Shown piece after piece: positions 36,367 through 48,250 of a DNA stretch of 64,000 nucleotides (within the stretch, counting starts at the first letter, position 1; each line of letters starts with the position of its first letter). The position numbers were made by a program, and so were the translations under genes. The stretch lies in assembly GCA_030141605.1 (NCBI GenBank), contig JAQGDQ010000480.1, positions 62,001 through 126,000 on the forward strand. Direction: 5' to 3'. The notes under the pieces are model-generated. The model was not told where the DNA came from. It made no database searches and saw only the letters and a list, made by a program, of their open reading frames with translations. The DNA comes from Tubiluchus corallicola (taxonomy: Eukaryota > Animalia > Priapulida).

Positions 36367-39300
36367 AGTATCAAGCAAAAAGTGAGAAAACAGAGAGCAA
36401 CATGTTCTAAAAATGGCATTTGAGCAACTCACTTTTAAAGTATTGTTTAATACGCAGGTTAGCAATCTCTCTTTGTGCATGCATGGCATTTCAAATCAAT
36501 GAAACAAACACAAAATGGCAACAGGTTCTTACCAAGCTGGGTAAAGTTGTTAAGGCCAAATGTGTATATCTGACCAGTGCCTTGCACACGTGCAAATGTC
36601 ACGTATGAGCCAGTCCAAATGTTGTCAAATTTCATCGCTTTGCCCTTTACTCGCTTACAGTAAACTTTACGAGGCTGAAGTATCAGATCTAGAACAACAA
36701 TATAGTTAACAAAAAACAACTTGAGCAACTTAAGCAATTTAACACTTTAAATTCCATAAACATTGTCTAAGGTTTTGAATTAGTTTACAAAATTTTTAAT
36801 AAAACAACCTACAGCATTTGATTGCAAAGTCTCAGCATTTTACATTCCACTGTTGTCTTTCTTAGTTAAAAGAAAAGAGTTAAAGATAAGCTTGTCACAT
36901 AAACAGACACTTGGTATCGGAAGTAAATTTTTCAACTGACCTACAGTAAACTACGTACAACTCGACCCGATATAACTCGCATTCTTGTGTATCTCGAACA
37001 GATCTCACGTAAAAGATTTTCCTTTTCGTTTTACTCTTTACCAAACATAACGTAACTCAAATCGAATTCTTAAGAATCTGACTGAAATTACCTCACTTAT
37101 CTCGAACAGCATCCCAAGTGAGAAATCCTATGCGAAAGTGTGCACAACACTACGATTTTAACTGGTAGTTTCAACAAAAGTGCTAGGACTTCCTGTACTA
37201 CCTTATCAGAATGCTGCACACAACATGGCTTAACGAGCATAGTTTAATGTAAATCACCATATCGTTTTTGTTGAATTCTATTTAACCATACTACTCAGAC
37301 TTCAATAGAGGCAGACCAATCATTTTATTTTTGATTATTCATAAAAATTGCTATTTGATATTCGATTAAAGGCAGTTTGTCATTTTCACAGGCTGTAGTG
37401 TATTGTCCAATGCTAATGACTGACTCTCGAATAACTCGAACAAATTTTTCGGTCCCTAAGTGTTCAAGTTATACTTAGTTTACTGTATCTTCACTGCTAA
37501 CATGCTCTAGCTGCATACCAAAACCTCTTCGCCCGCCACGCTTTGAAAATCGTTCAGCAATGCGCCCAAGCTGGCCTTGTTCTGCACATCCGCATGTAAA
37601 TATGTCTCCATCTTTTGTAAGGCAGACGAGATGGTCACTACCCGACGATATCTTCATTATGTGCTCTTCCGGAATCAATTGCAACGGTGTCTTCTGCTGA
37701 TTCATCGATGATCCTAACCCTATCATCCCACTAGAATCCTACAGTGTGCATAGAAAAGAATCCATTACAGAGTTCTGATAGTCACACTATGAAAAATAAT
37801 TGTTGGCCCTAAGAAGTACGTATAAAAGAGTCTGTCATATACTGTGAAGAAAACATTGTTACAACAATAACACACCGAATAAGAATGTCTCACTGTATAA
37901 TTTAGTTACGAGGCTGTGTCATCTATATTCAGTAAAGTATCTATATATACCTATAACCCCATCACGTGAATGTAGGACATTTGCGAGACTCAATGACAAA
38001 CAAATATCAGACAAAATTAAGCAGGTTAGATTGCCTGGACTTATTACCTGTCTATAACTTATTTTTGCAATTAAACAACACCATTTATGCTTCACTTCCT
38101 AACTTTGGATATCTGTTAATTATTTTGCTCAGTCTATGCTATTTATCGGCAAACATATTTCGTTTAACTTATTACACATAGTGCTAAGTATCCTGGTATG
38201 CATACGGCAATTTAAGTGATCTGAATCCTTACAGATCAGCTTGATGCAGGAAATCCTACCTAAATTACTGATGTGTCCAACAAAACAGGAATGTAATAAA
38301 AGGCCATTAAATGAAGCCAAGTTATCACAAGAAATAATATAATTACAAAGGAAGGTATTTCAATGACATCTCAGTCAGAAATCAAGAATGCTTGACCTTT
38401 ACAAGTAAGTGATTTATGAGTTTTATTGCTACTTAATTTTTTTATTAACACAAAGTTATAGCAATTTGCATTGTAAAGCTAATGCACTGACTACACAATC
38501 ACAATAACAGGTTTTAACACTTTTTTACTGGACAGAGTAACAGTTCTTAAAACTGCAAACACGGGTTTCCATTTTTTCATTTCTTATGTTATGGATGTTT
38601 CTGCCAACATAAATGTCAAGGAAAATAATGATGATTAAAACAGGAAAGTGCAACTACCACATAAAAACACCAACAATAAATCATCAGCATCATAAGTGAA
38701 TAAAAAGGCGAGCATTACGTTCTCAGCTTGTCAGGTAGAAAAACATGAGCTTAAGTACTGCACATTTACATTACAAAGACTATTCAGAAGCTATTGACAA
38801 TACAAAAATAGCTTTCCTGACATAAGTAAAGTCAAAAGCTTGTCGTTAAACTGACAGTTTCATCGTTATATGAAAAAAGAGGTAGTAAAACTTCAACATC
38901 ATTAAAATAGTCAGGACTTACTGCAACTAACTCTCTTAGTAGATATTACTTTTAACATATAATCCATGTTAGCTGGACATACAATAACTCACTCTGAAAG
39001 TACCCCATGCAAATACTCGACCATCACTAGTTAACACAGCTGTGTGCGAATCACCACACACCTGTGTGCGACAATACAAAAATAGGTATTGACATAAGTA
39101 AAGTCAAAAGCTTGTCGTTAAACTGAAAGTTTCATCGTTATATGAAAAAAGAGGTAGTAAAACTTCAACATCATTAAAATAGTCAGGACTTACTGCAACT
39201 AACTCTCTTAGTAGATATTACTTTTAACATATAATCCATGTTAGCTGGACATACAATAACTCACTCTGAAAGTACCCCATGCAAATACTCGACCATCACT

Positions 39301-42300
39301 AGTTAACACAGCTGTGTGCGAATCACCAGCGCTGACTTGCACCACTTTTCCCGGTACTGCCACCAATCCAGGTTCAAACTCGCTGCCTTCTCGGGATGTA
39401 TCCCGTCCCAAAGCTCCCTCGTCATTGCAGCCGAAAGTGTACACCTAAATAAGATATAAACAGTTACAGGATAGACACACCCATTTAATTCATTTTACAC
39501 TGATTTGAAAATAATTGTGTTTCCTTTGAGATGTCTGTTTACAAGGAAGTAGTTTTTCTGTTTATCTTGATCCATTTTCTTGCTCTCTTATAATACCTAC
39601 ATGACCAATCAATATGCAAAATGTCTGAAACCAATAACAAAATTGGAAAGGTACTCAGTACTGTGCAGACCTTTGCCAAGACCCGTGGGAATGCCTTAAG
39701 ATCGGAAGCTGCATGGTATAGTTCAACTAAACCATGCAGTACCTGAGCTTAAGACGTCACCAACTGTTCAAACGTTGTCACATTAAAGTGAAGTCACATA
39801 GAAGTTTCTTTACATGCCTATAGTTAATCAGCCAAAGTTGATTTTTCCTCATAATTTTTACTCGATCATTACCATTGAAAGCATTCTGCTTGTCCCATGC
39901 CTCACCTTCCACACAGTTTCATGAGAAGCTGTTTTTTCTGTAAGCACATTAACAAACAAGCAAACTGATGGCGATGAAAACATAGAGGAGGTATCTGAGG
40001 TAATCAATTACAACACAGGGCAACTAAAAGGAACAAGTATAGTAAACATACATTTAGGTTAACTGCTGGATTATTACTGATGTTATAAACCCACAATTAA
40101 TGAATTCTGAAACCAAATTTGAAAGACAGGGGATGTGAAAAAGTTGGAATTGAATGTTGTTTATAATGACTTTTGTTTATAATGCAGGTGCCTTAAACAC
40201 TAGGGATGCGGTGGCCTTAGAGGCCTGCAATGCAATATAAGCAGAAGAGGTTCAAATCCATTCTGCATCCAAACTTTTTCAAATTTCCTGTTTCTCAAGT
40301 TTGGACTTAAAATTTAATTAATCACGGATTCGTAACATCACTAATAATAATCTTGACATTAAGATTATAATAATTAATTATAGCACGCAATGTCTTTCAT
40401 AATACCTTGCCAGTTCCGGACACACAGACTGTGTGCATGCCACCGGCTTCTATAATCATGATATCACTTGGAAGGGCCGTGACATGAGCTGGTCTGCTTC
40501 GCTCCATTATATCCTCACCTAAAATTGAAATTATGCGCTTCACATAACCTGCGCAAGCTCAAATAAAAACTGCTGTGCACTAACTAAGAATAAAAGTGCT
40601 TGACATGTGAACTGACTTAAGTATTTTGCTTGTGAAGTCATGTACAGTGCACAGAGTTATATGTGTATACAGTTTGGCAGCCTGTTGTGGCAGGACCAAA
40701 ACCAAGCACACTGTAGAGAACACCATCGCATGCTTAAAATAAGTTACTGGTCATCCATTACGTGTGTACAGTTTGGCAGCCTGTTGTGGCAGGACCAAAA
40801 CCCAGCACACTGTAGAGAAGACCATCGAATGCTTAAAATAAGTTACTGGTCATCCATTACGTGTCAGCTTAAATTAATAAATGACTAATAAATTTTGCTA
40901 AGCATCAGATATCAGAAACATCAAAAACTTTAGCTGGCACAGGTATATAATATCACCAAACAATGTTTATTACCCAAACCGAGCTGTCCGACATCTCCTT
41001 GGCCAACCACAAGAACGTCTCCTGCTTGAGTAACTGAACGGCCAGCCTCGTTTAACAATGGTTCTTCATCGACTGTAAAATATTAAAATAAAGCCATAGA
41101 AAGAATTAAAAATTGTCACTATAACAGGTAGGATTTAGCAAAACTGATCACCATTCACACGTTCCAATAGGGATGGCACAATGGAGTACCCAGACAACAA
41201 ATCTATATCCCTGACATACTCAAGCAAGCAGCGGCCAAACAGCCAAACCCCCCAAGACACTGCAACTTTGCAGTTAAAATGATATTTTAACCAAGATTGT
41301 AGCAATAAACAAAATTTTTCAAGAACATTGTATAATGCACTTAGCTTTGCATAGATGCATTCAAACATTCTCTGTAATTTTTATATTTTAATTAAAATTT
41401 TACGAAGATGGCAGTACCAGACAGTGACGAATAGGACGAACAGAAATAATGGTTATAATAAACACCAGCTTTCACTAACTATAGAAAATTGCTCTAACTG
41501 TATTATTTCTGCATTTGTTTAAAAAATCCTATAAGCATAGTAGAAACTCTAGACATAAAAATAACAAATTTTACCAATTTGAAGCTTTCTTATTTTCTGT
41601 GGACTAGAAGCTATACTGTTGTCTCCATTGAGTGTCCGGGATCTCTTATTATGAGCTGCACTTCCGCTTGACACGTTTGCCGATCTCTCCGTTTCATTGT
41701 CCCGTGCTTCGCCTGGAACCACTCTTGCGCTTTTACGAGCACGAGAAGAAGCCACAGATTTCTAAAGACGCAAAAGATAATGTCATAAGCAAAGCCATGA
41801 ATTAAATGAACATATTTAACATTTAACTATTTGATGAGCTTGTATCAGCAATTTACTGGTCCAGTTACATAATATATCACTCACAATATAATTGCAAATA
41901 CTGTAACTACACACTGCCGATAATTTTTCTGCTAGGAAAAATTATAATCATTAAAGATACAATCCTCATACCAAGAATTGAACTTACTTCCCTCTACTAA
42001 AAACACGTGTAATGGTTAGCCTGCTCTTAACTCTTCTGATTCAACTACATTCCCATATTTCTTGGCTTTAATGTATCCATAACGCTCAGACTCACCAACT
42101 TAAGTTTTGTTCTTCTTCATGTGTCTGTCACACACACAAGTGCTTTTAATTTTATGCAGTGTTAAATGTTATTTTTCATCATTCTCTTGCATTCCCACTT
42201 TTTTTATTCCTTTTATTTCTTCAAACTTAGTCATTACACTATACTTCTCATTTAACTCCTTAATTTCTTCTGTCATTTCTCATTTTTCTCAGTTTATGTT

Positions 42301-43622
42301 TGACTTCATGTAGGCACTTTTTGTTTTGCTAAGCCAATTAAAATTTATTGATGACTTTTCTGTCTACCTCACTCTTTTTCATACAGTCCACACTTTCGCA
42401 TTGTAAATTATAACACAGATCTTAATTTAGACCTACTCTACAATATTGTTAATTTTAGCTCCATAATTTCCTTTAGCTTACGATAATCTTCCCCAATTTA
42501 AAACATCCATGATTACACATTAACATGTGATTCTAAGAGCAATTTTCATGTGCTATTTTACTTGGCGATATTTTATATCAATATGCATAGATCATACACT
42601 ATACATGTGACTGTAACTGAAGACAATTCAAGACATGAGCAGAAAACAATATGCATTATATGCTTCCAATCAGCAGTCAAGCTATAACAGTAAATCATTA
42701 AAATGAAGTAATTCAATCCTACACAGTGAGCGAAGTTGCAATACTTAGCAGTTATGTCAAACAAATATTTTAAGCGGGCAAAAATAACAAGTGGTTCTCA
42801 TCACATTCATTAATATAGTGCAACAAAACTGAAACCCCCATGGTAGCAAAATATACCGATTAAAAACATTGTTTTTTCAAGCGATGTGGGAAATTTGGCA
42901 TCAGAGCTGCTAAGTTGTGAACAGCTTTCACTATGCAATGCGCATGTGTGGTCCATCATTAAATTTTGCAGTTGATGATGCTCATTACTTATCCACTATG
43001 ATGTTTACCATCACATTGTTCTGCCCCTTGCTGCTCAACAATTGCTGAGCTACTAATTTCATTTGTATTAATAAAAGACTGAAACAACAGGTATTCATGA
43101 CTAAAGGAAACACGACAAAGGTGTGTCGTGTTGAGTTCAATGGGGCACATGTATGCTTAGTTTGTTTACATTACAATTTGCAAGCCTATATGTGGGATAT
43201 AAGAGAGGATAGCGCAGGCTTCAGAAATCACTCCTTATGTATCGAAGAAAGTTATATTTACACCACCAAAACTCCATACAAATTGCAAAATATGCTAGTT
43301 TTGCCACATCATGTTTATCACTTAATAAGTAACAAATAATTTATTAATGCGAATAATTCAAAAGACATACTTCGGCTGGTGTACGAGAACAAACATTGAG
43401 TAGCACCTTGCCTTGAATTTTCTCATCATGCATACCTCAGCGCCATGTACTGCCTCACCAGTCCAGTACACATCACAAGGTGGTACCCGGCGAAGCGGTT
43501 TACCCCTCTGCGGTACATGGGGAGGTGGTACACGGGCGCAAACGGGTAGTGGTATAGTAAGTCAACCTTACCATCACACAAAAAAGGGAAATATTAGTCA
43601 TTACCTTTTTCAGTTTAACCAT
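33427..43622 (-). CDS. RCC1: Regulator of chromosome condensation 1 (Ran GEF), about 486 aa, 10 coding exons
   Basis: Exons 43605-43622, 41575-41761, 40974-41072, 40406-40518, 39265-39444, 37519-37738, 36533-36688, 34673-34789, 33844-34005, 33427-33635 join in phase (1461 nt). RCC1-specific motifs [97 protein letters not shown] non-coding exon ends at 43754. Confidence 0.95.
34880..35160. repeat. Intronic minisatellite, 51-54 bp unit, about 5 copies
   Basis: AAACACCATA..TCTGGTGGAACCAGCACCAT..AAGGT units at 34931, 34982, 35033, 35084, 35138. Confidence 0.9.
36277..36360. repeat. (GA)n microsatellite
   Basis: Directly visible, in an RCC1 intron. Confidence 0.95.
36944..37485. mobile_element. 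pogo/Tigger-type (Tc1/mariner) MITE with TA target duplication
   Basis: TA-CAGTAAACTACGTACAACTCGA ... TCAAGTTATACTTAGTTTACTG-TA termini, internal (A)TAACTCGAA/ATCTCGAA repeats and subterminal GGTCCC. Confidence 0.75.
38796..39328. repeat. Recent tandem duplication (272-bp offset) that copies the 3' part of RCC1 coding exon 5 and its donor
   Basis: 38818-39056 is nearly identical to 39090-39328. Confidence 0.95.
40668..40864. repeat. 99-bp tandem duplication in an RCC1 intron
   Basis: TACAGTTTGGCAGCCTGTTGTGGCAGGACC.. at 40668 and 40767. Confidence 0.92.
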
Positions 43623-43929
43623 CTTTGACAGCTGCAGCAAATCTAAAACAAAAAAGGAGTGCTTATGGTTAAAAGATAAAATCTTTAAGCTGAAAATATT
43701 ATAAATTGAGGGTTGTATTACACTGAAGAATGCAGTCTAATTAAATCACTTACCTACTTAAGTTTCGACTTTTTAGCTCAGTAGGCCAAAGTATTACTAA
43801 CAATCGAATTTAGCGCTTTACGAATTAACTGTGCTGATTCTTGTTTGAACAGAATAACATAAATCAATTAAATTGACCACTAAATCATCAACAAACTTTA
43901 AGCATCATCGAAATTTCCATCTATTCTAA

Positions 43930-44420
43930 CCGTTTCCTGATATTTTCGCGGTGCTAAAAAAATGTCAGTAGAAGAAATCTTTGTGAAAATGTTGCTGCGA
44001 AGTTACATTAGCATTAATCATTTCCTGAGGTTTTCCTCCTTGCACAAGCTTAATTAGTGAAGCAAAACTGAGCATCATTATCATTTTTCGAGATTTTTGC
44101 TGTCTTAACTTATTGTTGAATTTTCATTTTCAAAGCTATGCGAGAATTGGTAAATAAAAAAAGTTTTTAGCCGTCGTTCGTCAATTCACGATTTAGAATT
44201 GTAGCCATTTTATCTGTGCGCAAGCTATTACGGAGGCGATGTTAATTAGTATGAAGTAAGAATGTCACTAATTTCATACTAACACCGTAGTGGTGTAATC
44301 GCGTTCCTATGCTCGTAGTGGACACCAAGTAGTAAAGACAAAAGTATTTTCTTAAAATTTACAACTGGTTTTTAAGAGGCGGTGTTTGTCTGACTGCACG
44401 TAGTTACTGTCGATCAACAG
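43930..44420. promoter_or_regulatory. Bidirectional promoter region shared by RCC1 and CDK14
   Basis: Divergent starts: RCC1 first-exon donor at 43753, CDK14 ATG at 44530, under 800 bp apart; locally CpG-enriched. Confidence 0.55.
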
Positions 44421-44529
44421 ATTATGGCATTATGGACTGCTACTAAATCTAATTATTTCACATATGCACTTTTCTTGACTCGAGATCCTATTTATATCTG
44501 CATTGTTAAAAGCTGTAAAGAAGCTAACC

Positions 44530-46080
44530 ATGACAATGTCGAAACTGCTGAATCCCGAAGAACAACTCCAGAAAACACCTGAATTATCACAGCCTTCAAC
44601 GACAATTCATGATAGCACTGTGCGCCTCAAAAATGATAAAGTTGGTAGACTTCAGCGAATTCGCAGACGCATCTCCGCCAGCTTGGGAAGGTTAACTGTG
44701 ATAAAAGATGAACCAACACAGGAACTGCTTGCATCTGAGGGTTCCTTGTATGACAGTCAAGCTAGATCAACTCATCAACACATTAATCCTGGTTTAGAGA
44801 GTCGATCTCTTACTTGTCTTGTGAACCTTCAAGAAAATGAAATTGGAAATGATTTTTTGACTCATTCGGAAGTACAGCACAGTCCACTTGAGACGCATGT
44901 TTATCAGGCTAAGGCATCTCACTTTATGCCATCTTTAAAACGATATTGGTCAGTAAATGAAGATATTACACAGGCTCCAACAGGAGATGCTGGTCTTTTT
45001 AAATCGCGGTTGCATCGTCCATTTTCAGAATGTACTTTTGAAGGTACTCTAAAGCGCTATTCTTCAGTTGACTCACCATTTGGAAAAGTAGAATCATACA
45101 AAAAATTGGAGCGACTTGGGGAAGGTTCATATGCAACTGTGTACAAGGGTATGAGCAGTATGAACAAGCAAATTGTAGCTCTAAAAGAGATTAGACTTCA
45201 GGAGGAAGAGGGAGCACCATTTACTGCTATACGAGAAGCTTCACTTCTGAAAGGGTTAAAACATGCAAACATTGTGACTCTCATCGATATTTTGCATACG
45301 AAAGAAACGCTTACCTTTGTGTTTGAATATGTGAGTACAGATCTCAGCCAATATTTAGAAAAATATCCAGGAGGTTTGAATCCGCATAATGTGAAGCTGT
45401 TTCTGTATCAGTTGCTAAGAGGTCTCGATTTTTGTCATCAGCGGAGGATATTACATAGAGATATCAAGCCACAAAATCTATTAATCAGCAATATAGGAGA
45501 ATTGAAATTAGCAGATTTTGGATTGGCTCGTGCCAAGTCAGTGCCCAGTCGAACTTATTCACATGAAGTTGTGACATTGTGGTATCGCCCACCGGATGTT
45601 TTACTGGGATCTACAAAATATTCAACTTCATTAGATATGTGGGGAGTCGGTTGTATCTTCATGGAAATGTTATCGGGTCAAGCAATTTTTCCTGGCATGA
45701 AGGATATATATGATCAATTGAACAAGATATTTAGAGTTTTGGGAACACCTACCGAAGACAGCTGGGAAGGTGTGAGTTCCTACCCCAATTACAACATAGA
45801 TAAATTCAATCGCCATCATAGTAGGCGACTAATATTAGTTTATCCGAAATTGCTTGATGTACCTTATGCTGAAAATTTGGCTTCTTCATTTTTACAACTA
45901 GACCCGAAGAAAAGAATAAGTGCTAAAGATGCAAAGTTATACCCTTATTTTTCTGATCTGCCTGTTAAAGTTCATGATTTGCCGCCAGCCGCATCAGTTT
46001 TCGTACTTCCTGGAGTCAAGCTTGTTCCAGAAGGTTCTCACAAAGTAACTACTCGGTCTGCTACAAAGGTTCTTCTGTGA
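44530..46080 (+). CDS. CDK14: Cyclin-dependent kinase 14/15 family (PFTAIRE), intronless CDS, about 516 aa
   Basis: LGEGSYATVYKG, VALKEIRLQEEEGAPFTAIREASLLKGLKHANIV, HRDIKPQN, DFGLARAKSVPSRTYSHEVVTLWYRPPD. First ATG is at 44530; the ORF track starts at an upstream TTG (44503). Confidence 0.96.
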   Translation: MTMSKLLNPEEQLQKTPELSQPSTTIHDSTVRLKNDKVGRLQRIRRRISASLGRLTVIKDEPTQELLASEGSLYDSQARSTHQHINPGLESRSLTCLVNLQENEIGNDFLTHSEVQHSPLETHVYQAKASHFMPSLKRYWSVNEDITQAPTGDAGLFKSRLHRPFSECTFEGTLKRYSSVDSPFGKVESYKKLERLGEGSYATVYKGMSSMNKQIVALKEIRLQEEEGAPFTAIREASLLKGLKHANIVTLIDILHTKETLTFVFEYVSTDLSQYLEKYPGGLNPHNVKLFLYQLLRGLDFCHQRRILHRDIKPQNLLISNIGELKLADFGLARAKSVPSRTYSHEVVTLWYRPPDVLLGSTKYSTSLDMWGVGCIFMEMLSGQAIFPGMKDIYDQLNKIFRVLGTPTEDSWEGVSSYPNYNIDKFNRHHSRRLILVYPKLLDVPYAENLASSFLQLDPKKRISAKDAKLYPYFSDLPVKVHDLPPAASVFVLPGVKLVPEGSHKVTTRSATKVLL

Positions 46081-48250
46081 ATGTTTTAAACATTTTGTAT
46101 ATGACATGGTATCATTTGAGATAGTTTGCATGGTATCAGAAAAGTAAATACTTACGATTGCAAGCAATTAGGTAAAGATGAATATCCACCTAGCTTTTCT
46201 CACTGTGATGTTTTTAGTAATTATTGAGAGTAGAAGTGAAATCATTTCAACAATAATATCCTATCATCCTAGCAGAAAAACTGTGTGAAATGAAAGAAAG
46301 TTTTAGTAAATTTTGGAGTTTGCAATTAAGAAACAGAATGTAGTGGTAACACACTCGAGCTTCATATATAAAAAAAAGTACATACCAAATAGAAAAGCGG
46401 GTTAATAAAGAACAAAGAATGTTCATGGTAAATGGCATCATAAGCAATGGTTTTTGAGCATTATTTTTCAAATTTGTCACTATGAGTTTTGACTTTGCGT
46501 TATTGTTTACCTTTTCAATCTTTTGTGAAGTGCTGCTCTTGCTAGATTGGCAATTGTTAATGCAATCTTATTGACAATGTTTCATTTCTACTATCAGTTA
46601 TTACTATTGCGAATATATTGTTATTTATTTGTTGTATGTTATGTAATTTATAATATTTATCAATACATAAATTATAAGTTCTTTTATTATATAAGCAATA
46701 AAAAATATGCAAGGAGAGACTATAATGTGTAAGCTCTAACAGCACTTGAACATTTGTAAGGTCGTAAACATTTGTTTTAATATTTAGAGCCAAGAATGGA
46801 AAAAGTTATAATATAAGACTTTATTGTACATATATAATGTATTATTCTGTATCTGATCTCTTACTATTATTGTGTGCATTAAAAATGAATATCTTATGCC
46901 ACTTAAACAAAAGTAGTCATCACGAGGTAATTGTATTATATGCATGAAGATAGTTGCAGAAAAACTGACTTATATGAACCAAATAAATTCTTGAAAATCA
47001 AACATGGTGAAGTAGTTTTAATCGTACATTTGAAAATTGTTATTGTGGTTCTCAGCCTTCACTGGTCATATATTTTTGAACTTCAGCCATTATAAGGCAA
47101 CCGTCAAATATTAAGATAGCAGAATTGAAGATTTTTCTGATCTGATGGCAGGCTAACATTCATGCTTATAACACCTTGACATTTTATTGCGAATACAACA
47201 CTCTTAGAAGAATAAATCTTTTGCCATTTTCCAGTTATGAAATTCAGCAAAGAAACACAAGCACCGTGACTATTGTATTGCTCTACCACTTTACGCAATT
47301 TAAATTTTTCAAAATTTTTAAAAGTTATGTGAGTGAATATAATCGTTGAGTGAGTTAATTAATAATCAAGCATAATTATTATAATAGACTGTGACAACTT
47401 AACCTGATTGTTAGTTATGGTATCATTCAAATAATTTACTTAGGCTCTAACTGTTTGAAGTCTCCATAAACAAGTCGTTTTGCAGCAATTGTGCCATAAC
47501 TATTAAGAGCTTTATAAATGTTGGACTACAAGCCTATAATCGTAATTAAGTGCTAAAAAGATAATTAAGAAAAAGTTCAAACAGTAATTTCTGAGGAAAT
47601 GAACATCACCTTCAAGTAATCAAATTTTCACAGTTGGAATGGAAAATGGAATTAAACAAAATAAGAATTAAAAAGAAAGCAACAAATAATCACTTTTAAA
47701 TTAAAATTACGCTAAATATAAGCTACATAGCTAAAGACTTGATCCAAGATAGACCAGCTTCTGCTACTTCAGTAATAACTTTGGCAGATGGTGATTCCAA
47801 CACTGAGAGCATTGTACATGTAGTACATTGTACAAGTAATAAATAATACTAACTCTTCCCAATGACAATGCGTGAAAAAGAATGCGAGCTAATTATGTAA
47901 AAAGTAGGTCTTTTCCAATTAAAAGATCTGAAATGTGAAATCTGTGTGCAATTAAATAACAATGGTCACTTTGCAGTTTGCATTATATGTTGCAAAAAGG
48001 GAAGGACTCGGGAAATCTGACAGCTTGATAATGTTGTTTTCAACGATGTTCATAAACTCTAACGTGTCGTGTAACACTTATGTGAATTGTTGAAGAAGTA
48101 GTTGAGAAGAATGGGACCAAGTCTGCATGTTCGGTGCACTAAATAGTACGGAGACTTTATCACGCATGCGTCGCAGCCGGCGTGACATAGAGTGAGTGAG
48201 AAATGGCGATTTTATAAAAAAAACATAAAGGATAGTCAAATTAAACTATA

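Noticed and set aside
41762-43604. U17/SNORA73 snoRNA expected from vertebrate RCC1 introns
   Set aside because: Conserved AUAUUCCUA and AAACCAU motifs not found on the minus strand.
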